Assembly: GCA_964651255.1 (NCBI GenBank)
Contig: CAZYWU010000007.1
Location: 7,817 to 71,816, forward strand
Reading direction: 5' to 3'
Origin: an uncultured Anaerolineales bacterium
GTDB taxonomy: Bacteria; Chloroflexota; Anaerolineae; UBA1429
Length of the DNA stretch: 64,000 nt
Positions within the stretch are counted from its first letter, which is position 1. Each line of letters starts with the position of its first letter. Of this stretch, positions 54,009-64,000 are shown piece after piece. Position numbers and translations under genes: made by a program. A model generated the notes under the pieces. It did no database searches, was not told the DNA's origin, and saw only the letters and a list, made by a program, of their open reading frames with translations.

Positions 54009-55331
54009 TCAAAAGCCCGTCTCGCGTGCGCCCGGATCGTTGACGAGGCGGCCCGTGAGGCCGGCATCATCGGCCTGCAGACACTGAACCTGGCGAATCT
54101 GGTTATGCAGATCCTCACGAGACGGCACCCAGATGCGCAGGTAATTGTCCGTGAGCCCGCTCCAGCCGGCAACGCCATCATGCGCGACCGCTGTCTCGAA
54201 CAGCACGGTCAACTTCTGACCTGCGTACCGCCGGTGATAGTCCCGAGCCAACTGCTGGCCGACGGATGCCAACTCTCTGGCGCGCTGCTGGACGACGCCA
54301 TCGGCCACGCGATCGGGCAGGTCCGCAGCCACCGTCCCGGCGCGCGGCGAGAAACGGAACACGTGAAGCCTGGAAAAGCGCACAGCCCGTGCCAGCTGGC
54401 AGGTCTCAGAAAAGTCCTCCTCGGACTCGCCGGGGAATCCCACGATCAGATCGGTTGAGATAGACATCTCGGGCACTCGCGCCCGCACACGAGCCACCAG
54501 GTCACGGTACCGGGCGACGCCCATCGGCCGGCCCATTCGATTCAACACCGCATCGCTGCCGCTCTGCAGCGGCAGGTGAAGCTGGCGGCACAATCTGGGA
54601 TCATCCCAGAGAGCCAGGAGCGTCTCATCGACATCCCACGGCTCCAGGCTGGAGAGCCTGATCCGCGGAACAGTGGTGCGCTCAAGCACCTCGCGAACCA
54701 GGTATGATAGATTCAGCCGGCCGCTCCCCTGGCTGTCGCCCGGAAGATCCCGTCCATAGGCGCCGATGTTCACTCCGGAGAGCACGACCTCCTGGGCCCC
54801 CTCATCGGCGCGCTCGAGCACTTGCTCAAGCACCTCTGGCAGCGGACGGCTCCGCGAGGGTCCGCGAGCGATGCACACGACACAATACGTGCAGTGGTTG
54901 TCACAGCCATCCTGGACCTTGATGAATGCCCGCGTTCGCCCGCGCCAGGTAGCAAACTTGCTATCACGCGCGGAAGCATCGTCGCCTGCGGTAAGGGATG
55001 CACTCTCCATCAGCGCGAGGGCCTGCTCTTTGCTGGTGTTGGGAATCACCAGCGCGACGCCAGCGAGCGCGCCCACGTCCTCTGCGGACATGGTGGCATA
55101 GCAACCCATGACCGCAAGGCGGGCCTCCGGAGCCTGGCGGTGCAACTGCCTAATCGCCTGGCGCGACTTGCGCGCCGCGACGTGCGTCACGGTGCAGGTA
55201 TTGATCACCGCCCAGTCAGCATCGCGGGGGTCATCGACGACCTCGTGCCCGGCTGTGCGCGCCGCACGGGCAAGCGCCTCGATTTCTGCCTCGTTCAGCC
55301 TGCAGCCCAGAACGGAGAGATGCACTCTCAT
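54009..55331 (-). CDS. mtaB: tRNA t6A37 methylthiotransferase (MiaB-like radical SAM methylthiotransferase, MtaB type)
   Basis: N-terminal MTTase Cys triad region (GCRLNEAE...NTCTVT), radical-SAM CxxxCxxC (CDNHCTYC) and a C-terminal TRAM domain. Confidence 0.85.
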   Translation of the reverse strand: MRVHLSVLGCRLNEAEIEALARAARTAGHEVVDDPRDADWAVINTCTVTHVAARKSRQAIRQLHRQAPEARLAVMGCYATMSAEDVGALAGVALVIPNTSKEQALALMESASLTAGDDASARDSKFATWRGRTRAFIKVQDGCDNHCTYCVVCIARGPSRSRPLPEVLEQVLERADEGAQEVVLSGVNIGAYGRDLPGDSQGSGRLNLSYLVREVLERTTVPRIRLSSLEPWDVDETLLALWDDPRLCRQLHLPLQSGSDAVLNRMGRPMGVARYRDLVARVRARVPEMSISTDLIVGFPGESEEDFSETCQLARAVRFSRLHVFRFSPRAGTVAADLPDRVADGVVQQRARELASVGQQLARDYHRRYAGQKLTVLFETAVAHDGVAGWSGLTDNYLRIWVPSREDLHNQIRQVQCLQADDAGLTGRLVNDPGARETGF

Positions 55332-55406
55332 GCACCGTATCCCGCCAGGCATACGCCAGGAGCACCCCGTCCGGGCCGGAGTGCAGGCGTCAGTGAAAAC
55401 GCTGGC

Positions 55407-56090
55407 TCATCCATCAAGATCGTCCCACGGAAAGTCCTCTGTCCAACTTGCAGCCGCCCGTATCTCTGGATCGTCGGAGTAGAGACCGCGTCTTTCGGGC
55501 GGGATCAGCAACGCGATGCGCTGCATGATCTCATGCCCAATGGCATCTAGCTCATCGCGTCGGGCCTGACCTTTGCCTGAAGCATGGAGCGGACCAAAGG
55601 GCTCTCCGATTCGCACAGTCACGGGGGCGCGTCTGAGCCTGGCCACAGATGGCAGCACATTGGGCATCCCGTCGATGCCCACGGGCAGAATGCGGGCCCC
55701 CGAACGGGCGGCAAGGAAAGCAGTCCCGGGCCGGGCATGGCGCAGCGTCTGGGCCCAGGATCCCGCCTCGGGAAACACACCCAGAAATCCTTTCCCGCGG
55801 AGGACCCGCTCCGCCTGGCGCAAGGCGGTGCGCGAACCCACCGAGCCGCGCCGCACGCGAAGGGCGCCCCAGAGCGTCGGAATCCAGCGCACGATCGGCG
55901 GCGCACCCGGCAACTGCCGCCCCGCAAGGTACTCCATATTGACTGGCGCCACAGCCACCATCAGGGCGGGATCACCAAAGTGGAAATGATTGGCGACCAC
56001 GATCACCGGCCCGGTAGCGGGCCAGTTCTCCATGCCAATGACAGTGACGCGAGCCAGCAGGCCAAACACAAAGCGCGCCAGAGAGTGCAT
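55407..56090 (-). CDS. plsC: 1-acyl-sn-glycerol-3-phosphate acyltransferase family protein
   Basis: HxxxxD acyltransferase motif (NHFHFGD) and a FPEAG-like block (GVFPEAG). The start is uncertain: MHSLARF at 56090 is used here; upstream in-frame starts at 56171 and 56216 are possible. Confidence 0.65.
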   Translation of the reverse strand: MHSLARFVFGLLARVTVIGMENWPATGPVIVVANHFHFGDPALMVAVAPVNMEYLAGRQLPGAPPIVRWIPTLWGALRVRRGSVGSRTALRQAERVLRGKGFLGVFPEAGSWAQTLRHARPGTAFLAARSGARILPVGIDGMPNVLPSVARLRRAPVTVRIGEPFGPLHASGKGQARRDELDAIGHEIMQRIALLIPPERRGLYSDDPEIRAAASWTEDFPWDDLDG

Positions 56091-56160
56091 CACCTGCCGG
56101 CGGGCACCAATGAGCAGCGGCGCTTCCAGCGTATGGTCCGCGTCGCCCGGTCCGGACGTG

Positions 56161-57510
56161 CTACGCACCATCGTTGACCCGTATTGTCGTTGAACGCTTG
56201 TACCCAGCGTGGACAAACATCAGCATCACCAGTCCCGCAAGCAAAAAGGCGCCGATCGCGAGGATGGCCACACGCTGGCCCATCTTTTCCGCAAGCAAGA
56301 TAGCGTGCCCACTGGCCCGGTACCACAGCGCCATCTCAGCGGCCACAAAGCCATACACTGCCGGTCCAATAAAGGCCGATCCCTGACCCGCGACCGCGAA
56401 GAAGGAGTAGAACTCGGCACTTTGATCATCAGGGCTCATCTCGCCCACGATGGCCCGGCTGAGGGATTGGATGCCCGCCATGGCAAAGCCTGCAAAGGCC
56501 CCTACGATGAAAAAGCCCATCGTGGTCTGAACCAGGAACATGGCCACAATCACCATCACCATCATGACAAGCGACGCGATCAACGATTGCCGCGCGTCCA
56601 GTTTGCGCGCCAGATGCCCAAAGGCCCAGGCGCCCAGCACATTAGTGACATTCACCACGATCACAAAGATGATCAGGTCCTGCTGCCCCATACCGAAGAG
56701 GACAGCCCCTATGATCGAGGCAAAGTTCAGGGCCATCAGGACGCCACCGTTGAACACGGTATAGGAGCCGATGTACTTGAGAAACTCCCTAAAGCTACCT
56801 GCCCTGCGCATCGTGTTCGTCAGACGCGCCCGAGCGATCGTGAAATAGTTCTCGCCTGGAGGTAGTTCGCGCGACTCGCCCCGCTCGGCCAGCCAGAGAA
56901 AGATCGGCACGGCAGAGAGCGCATAGTAAGCGGCCGTGATGACCATTGCCAACCGAGCCATAAAGGCCCCCGGAAACAGCATGATCAGCGGGAGGATGAT
57001 CAACAGACAGATGATGCCCCCCAACGAACCGATCGCCCATCCGTTACCCGAGATGGAAGCGATCTCATCGGGATGCGCGATATCCACCAAAAGTGCATTG
57101 TAGAATACCTGGGCGCTTCGGTAGCCAAACTCTGCTATGATAAAGAGCCCCATGCCGAGGGCTATATCGCCCTGTTCGACAAAAAAGAGACCGGCGGTAG
57201 CGCCTACCGCGATCCCAGTAAAGAGCAGCAGGAAACGCTTCTTGCGGCGAGCATAGTCGGCAACGGCGCCCAACACAGGGGACGTGATAGCTACCGCGAT
57301 CATGGCCACGGCCAGGGAAATACCCCACAGGCGTGAACCCTCGGCGCCGCCCACGACGGTGCCTTTAAAGTAGGTTGCGTACACAGCCAACAGAACGACG
57401 GCAGCATAGGCAGAGTTGCCAAAGTCATAGAAATACCAGGCCCAGGTCTCCCGCCGGGTGGCCCGGGGCGCTCGGACTGCGGTTTCGGAAATAGCTAAAG
57501 ATGCCGACAT
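56161..57510 (-). CDS. MFS transporter (UMF1/YcaD-like)
   Basis: Start is at MSASLAIS with a GGAGAGG RBS. 12-14 TM helices. MFS signature loops. Confidence 0.75.
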   Translation of the reverse strand: MSASLAISETAVRAPRATRRETWAWYFYDFGNSAYAAVVLLAVYATYFKGTVVGGAEGSRLWGISLAVAMIAVAITSPVLGAVADYARRKKRFLLLFTGIAVGATAGLFFVEQGDIALGMGLFIIAEFGYRSAQVFYNALLVDIAHPDEIASISGNGWAIGSLGGIICLLIILPLIMLFPGAFMARLAMVITAAYYALSAVPIFLWLAERGESRELPPGENYFTIARARLTNTMRRAGSFREFLKYIGSYTVFNGGVLMALNFASIIGAVLFGMGQQDLIIFVIVVNVTNVLGAWAFGHLARKLDARQSLIASLVMMVMVIVAMFLVQTTMGFFIVGAFAGFAMAGIQSLSRAIVGEMSPDDQSAEFYSFFAVAGQGSAFIGPAVYGFVAAEMALWYRASGHAILLAEKMGQRVAILAIGAFLLAGLVMLMFVHAGYKRSTTIRVNDGA

Positions 57511-57685
57511 GAACTTGACCTCTCCAATCACTAGTCTCGCTGACGATACACCAAACGCGGCAAGCGCCGCCAAAAGACCTGACCGGTGCACCCGGCCACC
57601 AGGCAGGCGCACGCTACCTTGACACATTCTTATACTGCGAATAGAATCGCTTTGCCTTGGGCAAAGCTGTTCAGGAGATGATCAG

Positions 57686-58357
57686 ATGCTTGAATATAGA
57701 CCAAAAAGAGCAGCACTCACAATCAGCATCCTGCTCATCGCCATGGCCCTGACTAGTTGCCTGAGCCATTCCGGCCCCAATGCCGCACAGCTCACCTACA
57801 ATCTGCCGACAACGCTATCGATCGAGCGTGGGGCAGCGCTGTTCAACACCGACATCGTCTATGAGTCGTATTCAGAAGATGGTGTCTGGCTGCTCATTGA
57901 CGGACAGCGTGCCCTGAAACGCAAAGGAGACTCTGTCAGCTGGACGGGTTCTTTTCTACCCGAGACAGAGACGGAGCTGGACCTGCGCGTGATCTGGACC
58001 ACCGAGGAAAAGGTGGATTTCGCGGGTACGGCCAAAGTGACGGTGAAGAACGTCGCCCCACAAAAGCGCGGCATTGTCACGACATCACCCATCACCTTTA
58101 GCGGTCCGGTAGCCTATGGCGTTGCCAGGGATAGTTTTGTTCCTGGCACTACACTGTCGTACCTGGGCGCCACGGAGCAGGGCGCGCAGCTGGGCGGCAT
58201 GGACGAAGAGTATCCCTATCGCCAGATCGGGGATTCCATCCTCTGGGAAGGGACCCTGCGTGACGGCGTGTATCTGCGCGCAGAGCTGCGTACGGTGCAG
58301 TTTGATGACAACGGCCTCAGATTGGCCGGCATCGCGACACTGTGGCTGGGCGAATAG
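57686..58357 (+). CDS. Predicted lipoprotein (signal peptide with lipobox LTSC), function unknown
   Basis: The N-terminus MLEYRPKRAALTISILLIAMALTSC fits a SPase II substrate. The mature part is Thr/Ser-rich beta-type. GC content looks lower than the neighbours. Confidence 0.6.
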   Translation: MLEYRPKRAALTISILLIAMALTSCLSHSGPNAAQLTYNLPTTLSIERGAALFNTDIVYESYSEDGVWLLIDGQRALKRKGDSVSWTGSFLPETETELDLRVIWTTEEKVDFAGTAKVTVKNVAPQKRGIVTTSPITFSGPVAYGVARDSFVPGTTLSYLGATEQGAQLGGMDEEYPYRQIGDSILWEGTLRDGVYLRAELRTVQFDDNGLRLAGIATLWLGE

Positions 58358-58407
58358 CCACGCTTGCATCTGCGCCAAGTGAATAACGGACGGCTCAGAT
58401 GCCTCCT

Positions 58408-58436
58408 TTGTGTTCTATTATGAAGGCCTGTATAAT
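58408..58436 (+). promoter_or_regulatory. Candidate promoter of rpsA: TTGTGT, 17 nt spacer, TG-TATAAT extended -10
   Basis: Consensus -10 with a TG extension at 58429-58436, and a partial -35 at 58408-58413. Confidence 0.5.
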
Positions 58437-58463
58437 TGTCATAGTTGAGATCCTGCGAGGAGA

Positions 58464-59681
58464 GTGAGCGTGGACAATTTCGAGCACCGCACCGTTTTGC
58501 ACAAAGGAGAGGAGACCTCGGAGCAGCCAGATCATCCGATGACAGAGTTGCTTGAGCAGGAGTTCTCCCATGTCATCCCCCAGCACGGAGAGACGCTGGA
58601 GGGGACAATCGTGGAGATAACCCCCAACGAGATCGTCGTCGACATTGGTTGCAAGTCCGAAGGCATCGTGCCTGCCCACGACCTTGATCGCATGGATCCC
58701 GATATGCTGCAAGAACTCGCGGTCGGTGACACGGTTTACGTGTACGTGGTGCGCAGCCAGGACCAGTCGGGCAACAGCATTCTCTCGCTGTCGCGCGCTC
58801 TCCTGGAGACCGATTGGCAAAAAGCCAGCGAGATGTTCGAGGCCGAAGAGGTTTTTGAGGGCACCGTCTCAAGCTGCAACCGCGGCGGCGTCATCGTCCG
58901 TGTTGGCCGCGTCCGCGGATTTGTGCCGGCTTCACAGATCGCCAGCATCCGGCTCAGTCGCTCCGACAGCGAAGAGGAACGGATCGAGCGCCTTAGTGAG
59001 CTGGTCAACCATAACTTTATGTTCAAGATCATTGAGCTGGACCGCCGCCGCAATCGCCTGATTCTGTCCGAACGGGCGGCGATGCGCGAGTGGCGACAGG
59101 ATCAAAAGGATCGCCTCCTCGATGAACTGAAGGAGGGCGAGACCCGCAAGGGCACTGTGAGCAGCCTGTGTGACTTTGGTGCCTTTGTCGACCTCGGTGG
59201 TGCTGACGGTCTGATCCACCTCTCCGAGCTGTCCTGGAGCCGCGTGGGCCATCCGCGTGAAGTGCTCAAGGTTGGACAAGAAGTAGAGGTCTACGTCCTG
59301 GGGGTGGACCGCGATCGCAAGCGTATCGCGCTCAGCCTCAAGCGACTCAAGGCCGAGCCCTGGACGACCGTCGAGGAGCGCTATGAAATCGGGCAACTCG
59401 TCAAGGCCACGGTCACCAAAATTACCGACTTTGGTGCCTTTGCACGGCTGGACGAAGAGATCGAGGGCCTCATCCATATCTCAGAGCTTTCGGAGGACCG
59501 CATCGGGCATCCGAGCGAGGTCGTAAGCGAGGGCCAGGAGCTGGAGCTGAGGATCATCCGGATCGATGCGGCCAGGCAGCGCATGGGGCTCAGCCTCAGG
59601 CGCGTGAACGAGGACCAGTATTTCGCAGACTATGACTGGAGCACGGCCGGCGACGAGGGCGACGACTCGGACAGTTACTAG
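58464..59681 (+). CDS. rpsA: 30S ribosomal protein S1 (four S1 domains)
   Basis: GTG start after a GAGGAGAG RBS. Four repeats of the S1 OB-fold with the GxV...G...GL(I/V)H(I/L)SE pattern. Confidence 0.9.
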   Translation: MSVDNFEHRTVLHKGEETSEQPDHPMTELLEQEFSHVIPQHGETLEGTIVEITPNEIVVDIGCKSEGIVPAHDLDRMDPDMLQELAVGDTVYVYVVRSQDQSGNSILSLSRALLETDWQKASEMFEAEEVFEGTVSSCNRGGVIVRVGRVRGFVPASQIASIRLSRSDSEEERIERLSELVNHNFMFKIIELDRRRNRLILSERAAMREWRQDQKDRLLDELKEGETRKGTVSSLCDFGAFVDLGGADGLIHLSELSWSRVGHPREVLKVGQEVEVYVLGVDRDRKRIALSLKRLKAEPWTTVEERYEIGQLVKATVTKITDFGAFARLDEEIEGLIHISELSEDRIGHPSEVVSEGQELELRIIRIDAARQRMGLSLRRVNEDQYFADYDWSTAGDEGDDSDSY

Positions 59682-59824
59682 ATCCGAATATGCTGCCCGT
59701 TGCGGACAGTGACGGACACCCGGCACGACCGGGCTAGACCGAACAGCACGAGGGGGCTGGTGTATAGATATACGCGGCTCCCTCTTGCTATCCCCCGGAT
59801 TCCTGCAGCGCCGGACAAGATGGT

Positions 59825-59832
59825 GTATAATA
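59825..59832 (+). promoter_or_regulatory. Extended -10 element (TG-TATAAT) about 128 nt upstream of clpC, implying a long 5' leader
   Basis: Read from the sequence. There is no convincing -35. No canonical CtsR (GGTCAAA repeat) or CIRCE element was recognised in the leader. Confidence 0.4.
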
Positions 59833-59959
59833 CAGATGTACAGAGCAAGTACACCGCCGCAAAGTTTCGCCGCAGTGCAACGGGGCGAGCGATACTGCGT
59901 ATATAGGTTAGGCAATCAGCAAGTCTTATTGTTTAGGACTTTTCTTCGCAAGGAGTATC

Positions 59960-62440
59960 ATGGCTAACGGATTCGATCGGTTCAGCAGGGGCGCACGGCA
60001 GTCCCTGAGCATGGCTCAGGAGGAAGCTCGGCGGCTGAACCATCGGTACATTGGTACCGAACATCTTTTGCTGGGACTCATGCGGGAGGAAAAAGGCGAG
60101 GCTGCCCGTATCCTCTCCGAAATGGGGCTTTCTATTGGCCAGCTTAGGGACGCCGTCGAGCGAATGGTCGGGACGGGTGATCGTGCTCCGGCCAGTTTGC
60201 AGCTTGGAGAACAGACCAAGAAGGTCATTCAGCTTGCCATCGACGAGTCAAAGCGGCGCGGTCACGAGCAGATCGGCACCGAGCACCTGCTTATGGCGCT
60301 GGTGCACCTGCCCGACTCTATGGCAGCCGCGATCCTTGAGGGACTGGCGATCAATCTGGACGTACTCAACCGGCGTCTGCGCTACTACATGAATGAGCGG
60401 CCGGCTGCTCTGGCAAGTGAAACACCGGTGCCAGCGCGGCGCGGGTCGCGCGGCAGCAGCCGGGAATCGACCTCTGCCTCGAGCAAGGAGAAATCCCTGC
60501 TGGAGCAGTTGAGCACCGACCTCACCGATCTGGCTGAGGAAGGGGAGCTGGACCCCGTCATCGGTCGTCAGACCGAGATCGAGCGAGTGATTCAGATCCT
60601 GGCGCGTCGAACCAAGAACAACCCGGCACTCATCGGAGAGCCCGGAGTGGGCAAGACGGCGATTGTCGAGGGTTTGGCCCAGCGCATCATCGATGGGCGC
60701 GTGCCCGTGGACCTGCGCAACAAGCGACTGGTCCGGCTGGATGTCGGCTCGCTGGTGGCGGGCACAATGTACCGCGGCCAGTTCGAAGAGCGCCTCAAGA
60801 AGGTCATCGACGAGATCAAGTCGACGGATACGGTGCTCTTTATCGACGAGCTGCACATGCTGGTGGGTGCTGGCTCCGCCGGTAGCTCGATGGACGCCGC
60901 CAATATCCTGAAACCGGCGCTGGCGCGCGGGGAGTTGCAGTGCATCGGCGCGACGACGCTGGATGAGTACCGCAAGTATATCGAGAGCGACTCGGCGCTG
61001 GAGCGTCGCTTCCAGCCGGTGTTCGTCGGCGAGCCCTCTCAGGAGGAGACGCTGGAGATTCTGCGCGGTATCCGCGCACGGTACGAAGAGCATCATGGCC
61101 TCCATATCACCGATGAGGCGCTGAGCGCGGCAGCCCGGTTGGCCACGCGCTATGTCCCCGACCGGTTCCTGCCGGACAAGGCCATCGACCTGGTGGATGA
61201 GGCAGCCTCGCGCGTGCGCGTCTTTCACGTGCTGCACCCGGAAAAGCAGGAGCGGAAAGAGGCAGCTGTCGCCCGCCCAGAGCACGCGACTCTGCTGGGA
61301 CCGATTGCCGATGCGGATGCCGACTTTGCTCTCACGGACGACCTGCAGTTCGAGACGCCGGAAGAGGGCTTGGTCGTGACGGCAGAAGATATCGCCGAGA
61401 TCGTGGCGATGTGGACTGGCGTCCCCGTAACGAGCATCGCTGAGGAAGAGTCGCTGCGGCTGCTGCGCATGGAGGATACGCTCCATGAGCGGATCGTGGG
61501 TCAGGAGGAGGCCATCCACACGCTGGCGCGCTCGGTGCGCCGCGCCCGGGCGGGCCTCAAGGATCCTCGCCGCCCGATCGGGTCGTTCATCTTCCTGGGC
61601 CCCACAGGTGTCGGCAAGACCGAGCTTGCCAAGGCGCTGGCCGAGTTCATGTTCGGCAGCGAGGAAGCGTTACTTCAGTTCGACATGTCCGAGTTCATGG
61701 AGCGGCATACGATCTCACGTTTGGTCGGCGCGCCTCCAGGCTATGTGGGCTATGAGGAAGCCGGCCAGCTGACCGAGGCTGTCCGTCGCCGGCCTTACTC
61801 GGTGATCTGCTTTGACGAGATCGAAAAGGCGCACCCCGAAGCGTTCAACATGCTCCTCCAGATCATGGAAGAGGGCAAGCTGACCGATGCCAAGGGTCGC
61901 AAGGTTGACTTTCGCAATGCGATCATCATTCTGACCTCGAACATCGGCAGCTCGGACATCTCGCCGGAATCCGCGCTGGGCTTTTCTTCGGCTCGCCAGC
62001 CGGAGGGCAGCGATAGCGAATACCGCGAAATGAAGAGCAAGTTGATGCGCGAGCTGCGACGGCTCTTTCGCCCTGAGTTCCTGAACCGTGTGGACGAGGT
62101 GATCGTCTTCCACGAACTCGCCCGCTCGGACATTGAGCAGATCGTCGAGATCCAACTGAGACTGCTGAACAAGCGTCTGGCAGAGCAGAACGCAACACTG
62201 GAGCTTACGTCTGCGGCACGGGAGCTACTGGTGAGCGAGGGCTTTGACCCGCAATATGGTGCGCGACCGCTCAAGCGTGCCATCCAGCGGCTCATCGAAG
62301 ACCCGCTGGCGGAAAAGCTCCTGGGGCTCGAGCCGGCTGTGCGCACGGTAGTGGCTGACGTTCAGGACGGCGAGATCGTCTTTGAGACCCGCGAGGACAT
62401 CGCAGAGCCAGAGACGCTTCTCTCGGGGGAGAAGCGGTAG
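59960..62440 (+). CDS. clpC: ATP-dependent Clp protease ATP-binding subunit ClpC (Clp_N repeats, AAA-1, middle domain, AAA-2, ClpB_D2-small)
   Basis: The Clp_N double repeat (GTEHLLLGL / GTEHLLMAL). Walker A GEPGVGKT and GPTGVGKT. A short M-domain (ClpC-type, not ClpB-length). Confidence 0.95.
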   Translation: MANGFDRFSRGARQSLSMAQEEARRLNHRYIGTEHLLLGLMREEKGEAARILSEMGLSIGQLRDAVERMVGTGDRAPASLQLGEQTKKVIQLAIDESKRRGHEQIGTEHLLMALVHLPDSMAAAILEGLAINLDVLNRRLRYYMNERPAALASETPVPARRGSRGSSRESTSASSKEKSLLEQLSTDLTDLAEEGELDPVIGRQTEIERVIQILARRTKNNPALIGEPGVGKTAIVEGLAQRIIDGRVPVDLRNKRLVRLDVGSLVAGTMYRGQFEERLKKVIDEIKSTDTVLFIDELHMLVGAGSAGSSMDAANILKPALARGELQCIGATTLDEYRKYIESDSALERRFQPVFVGEPSQEETLEILRGIRARYEEHHGLHITDEALSAAARLATRYVPDRFLPDKAIDLVDEAASRVRVFHVLHPEKQERKEAAVARPEHATLLGPIADADADFALTDDLQFETPEEGLVVTAEDIAEIVAMWTGVPVTSIAEEESLRLLRMEDTLHERIVGQEEAIHTLARSVRRARAGLKDPRRPIGSFIFLGPTGVGKTELAKALAEFMFGSEEALLQFDMSEFMERHTISRLVGAPPGYVGYEEAGQLTEAVRRRPYSVICFDEIEKAHPEAFNMLLQIMEEGKLTDAKGRKVDFRNAIIILTSNIGSSDISPESALGFSSARQPEGSDSEYREMKSKLMRELRRLFRPEFLNRVDEVIVFHELARSDIEQIVEIQLRLLNKRLAEQNATLELTSAARELLVSEGFDPQYGARPLKRAIQRLIEDPLAEKLLGLEPAVRTVVADVQDGEIVFETREDIAEPETLLSGEKR

Positions 62441-63817
62441 ATGACCAGGGCGCGGCGCCGCTTTGTCTGTGAAAACTGCGGCGCCACGCAGTCCAAATGG
62501 ATGGGCCGTTGCCCAGAATGTGGCGAATGGAACACGATGGTGGAGGCGTTTGTCGACCCACCGTCGCGTTCTGTCACTGTGGGGAGCGCTTTTCCCGCAC
62601 AGACCCTGAACACGCAGGCGTATGCGCTGGATACTATTCCGCCCTACTCCCAGAGCCGTTTGCCCGTGCCCATGGAGGAACTGAGCCGTGTCCTCGGCGG
62701 CGGCATCGTCCCAGGAAGCGTCGTCCTGATCAGTGGCGATCCGGGCATCGGCAAGTCCACGCTCCTGCTGCAGCTGGCGGCCCAGCTTGGCGAAGGGCCC
62801 GAACGCGTGCTCTATGCCTCGGGCGAGGAATCGCTTCAACAGATCAAGATGCGGGCAGACCGTCTGGGCATGCGCTCAGAGAACCTCCTGGTCTTGAGCG
62901 AGACCAATCTGGCCCAAATTCTGGGGCAGATCGAGCAGGTGCGTCCCTCCCTCACAATCGTCGACTCGGTGCAGTCGATCTACACCGAAGAACTCAATGC
63001 CTCGCCGGGCAGCGTCAGTCAGGTGCGCGAGTGCGCCTCGGCGTTGCAGCGGCAGGCCAAGGAACTGGGTGTAGCCACGTTCCTCGTGGGCCATGTCACC
63101 AAGACGGGCAGCATCGCGGGGCCGCGAGTACTCGAGCACATTGTCGATGCGGTTCTGTACCTGGAGGGTGAACGTTTCCACAGCTACCGGCTGTTGCGCA
63201 GCGTCAAAAACCGCTTTGGCTCGACCAACGAGGTGGGCGTATTCGAGATGACCGACAAGGGCATGACCGAGGTGGCTAACCCCTCACAGGTCTTTCTCGA
63301 GGAGCGGATTGAGCAGGCCACCGGCTCGACTGTGGCGGTCACCATGGAGGGTACGCGACCGATCCTCGTCGAGGTACAGGCGCTGGTCAGCCCGGGCATC
63401 CCGGAGCACCCCCGGCGTACCTGCAACGGTGTGGACGTGAACCGCGTGCTTTTACTCGCTGCCGTCCTCACACGACGCGTCGGGCTCAAGCTCAGCGATC
63501 AAGACATTTTTGTCAACGTCGTCGGAGGCCTGCACGTCCAGGAGCCCGCCGTAGACCTGGCGGTAGCGTGCGCCATCGCCTCTAGCTACCACAATCGCCC
63601 GGTCCACCCCCAGATGGCAATCTTTGGTGAGGTGGGACTCGCGGGTGAACTCCGCAGCGTTGGGCAGAGTGATCGACGCGTGCGCGAGGCTGCCAAGCTG
63701 GGGTTTGACGAGATCCTCATGCCGCGCACCCGCGGCGACGCCCTGCTTGCACAGGGCCAGGCACGCCCACTGTTCTGCCGCACAGCGGCGGAGGCGATCA
63801 GCCAGGCAATGAGCTGA
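62441..63817 (+). CDS. radA: DNA repair protein RadA/Sms (Zn ribbon, RecA-like ATPase, Lon-protease-like domain)
   Basis: N-terminal CENCG...CPECGEW zinc finger, Walker A GDPGIGKST, the KNRFG motif and a C-terminal Lon-like domain. Start overlaps the clpC stop (TAGATG). Confidence 0.95.
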   Translation: MTRARRRFVCENCGATQSKWMGRCPECGEWNTMVEAFVDPPSRSVTVGSAFPAQTLNTQAYALDTIPPYSQSRLPVPMEELSRVLGGGIVPGSVVLISGDPGIGKSTLLLQLAAQLGEGPERVLYASGEESLQQIKMRADRLGMRSENLLVLSETNLAQILGQIEQVRPSLTIVDSVQSIYTEELNASPGSVSQVRECASALQRQAKELGVATFLVGHVTKTGSIAGPRVLEHIVDAVLYLEGERFHSYRLLRSVKNRFGSTNEVGVFEMTDKGMTEVANPSQVFLEERIEQATGSTVAVTMEGTRPILVEVQALVSPGIPEHPRRTCNGVDVNRVLLLAAVLTRRVGLKLSDQDIFVNVVGGLHVQEPAVDLAVACAIASSYHNRPVHPQMAIFGEVGLAGELRSVGQSDRRVREAAKLGFDEILMPRTRGDALLAQGQARPLFCRTAAEAISQAMS

Positions 63818-63834
63818 GACTCATTGATCGCAGA

Positions 63835-63869
63835 CGGGCGCATGGGCATAGACCGTGCGCCGGTTTTTG
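63835..63869 (+). terminator. Rho-independent terminator after radA (stem CGGGCGCA/TGCGCCGG with one mismatch, followed by TTTTT)
   Basis: Read from the sequence, 18 nt after the radA stop. Confidence 0.6.
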
Positions 63870-63919
63870 TCTACAGTACTGCTGATTGTCTCAATATCAA
63901 TGCGTGAAGGAGCAGACCC

Positions 63920-64000
63920 ATGCGACAGGTCCCCCTGGGCCGTACAGGATTGACCGTCTCCGAGGTTGCCTTTGGTGGCATCCCGATCCAGCGCCTCACC
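63920..64000 (+). CDS. Aldo/keto reductase, N-terminal fragment (3' end beyond window)
   Basis: AAGGAG RBS, then MRQVPLGRTGLTVSEVAFGGIPIQRL, the typical AKR N-terminus (LGxTGLxVSxxxFG). Confidence 0.6.
   Translation, partial: MRQVPLGRTGLTVSEVAFGGIPIQRLT

Noticed and set aside
57686-58357. A lower-GC lipoprotein gene, as possible horizontally acquired DNA.
   Set aside because: It is a single gene with no flanking repeats, tRNA or mobility genes. The composition shift was judged by eye only and could not be quantified here.
1-64000. CRISPR arrays, transposases, integrases, phage genes, toxin-antitoxin pairs, rRNA and tRNA genes.
   Set aside because: I scanned intergenic regions for regularly spaced direct repeats and for tRNA-like T-loop/anticodon features, and scanned the ORF track for transposase/integrase/Cas-like proteins. 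None was found. The window appears to be core chromosome, not a mobile or defence island.

Overview
This is a 64 kb window of very high-GC (about 65-70%) bacterial chromosome. GTG and TTG starts are frequent and genes are tightly packed. The random-looking Arg/Pro/Ala-rich ORFs in the six-frame track are mostly antisense artefacts of the GC content. The content points to a Chloroflexota-like Terrabacteria genome, but this taxonomic call is an inference from gene content, not a computed hit. About 50 protein genes are supportable. I found no CRISPR array, transposase, integrase, rRNA or convincing tRNA.

Content from left to right:
- Two hybrid histidine kinases, the first truncated by the window edge.
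- A long minus-strand carbohydrate and sugar-acid catabolic block. It holds an Ntn-asparaginase, a sugar-phosphate isomerase, an SDR, a 2-hydroxyacid dehydrogenase, a GH42 beta-galactosidase, a ManD-like enolase dehydratase, a GH2 fused to a GNAT domain, and a nucleoside phosphorylase.
- An OmpR-type response regulator and sensor kinase pair, a second enolase-superfamily gene, and an orphan trpF.
- A TIGR03960-like radical SAM gene translationally coupled to the conserved pgeF-yggS-proC-yggT cell-division cluster.
- A gene for an AAA-ATPase, transmembrane helix and TolB beta-propeller in one protein, next to a zinc-ribbon coiled-coil protein gene.
- A GT39-like giant glycosyltransferase, an MFS transporter and a malic enzyme.
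- DUF1385, tdk, and the rplU-rpmA-rpmE ribosomal operon.
- glgX, followed by selD.
- An operon of ADP-ribosylglycohydrolase, GH4, a CoADR/Nox-type flavoprotein and an Fe-S Old Yellow Enzyme.
- A third enolase, then a LarA-like nickel racemase homolog and a GH20 hexosaminidase, closed by a strong terminator.
- Two tandem small membrane proteins, mtaB, plsC and an MFS transporter.
- rpsA, clpC, radA, and the start of an aldo-keto reductase.

The most notable observation is that selD (selenophosphate synthetase) is itself a selenoprotein. It carries an in-frame TGA at the position of the catalytic Cys/Sec, and a hairpin sits 11 nt downstream (candidate bacterial SECIS). Standard pipelines would split this gene or call it a pseudogene. 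Other second-look items are the GH2-GNAT fusion, the enolase/LarA-like/GH20 operon, the ATPase-TolB fusion, and the radical-SAM-to-cell-division-cluster coupling. All coordinates were derived by hand from the ORF track. Internal start sites carry +/-3 nt and alternative-start uncertainty.
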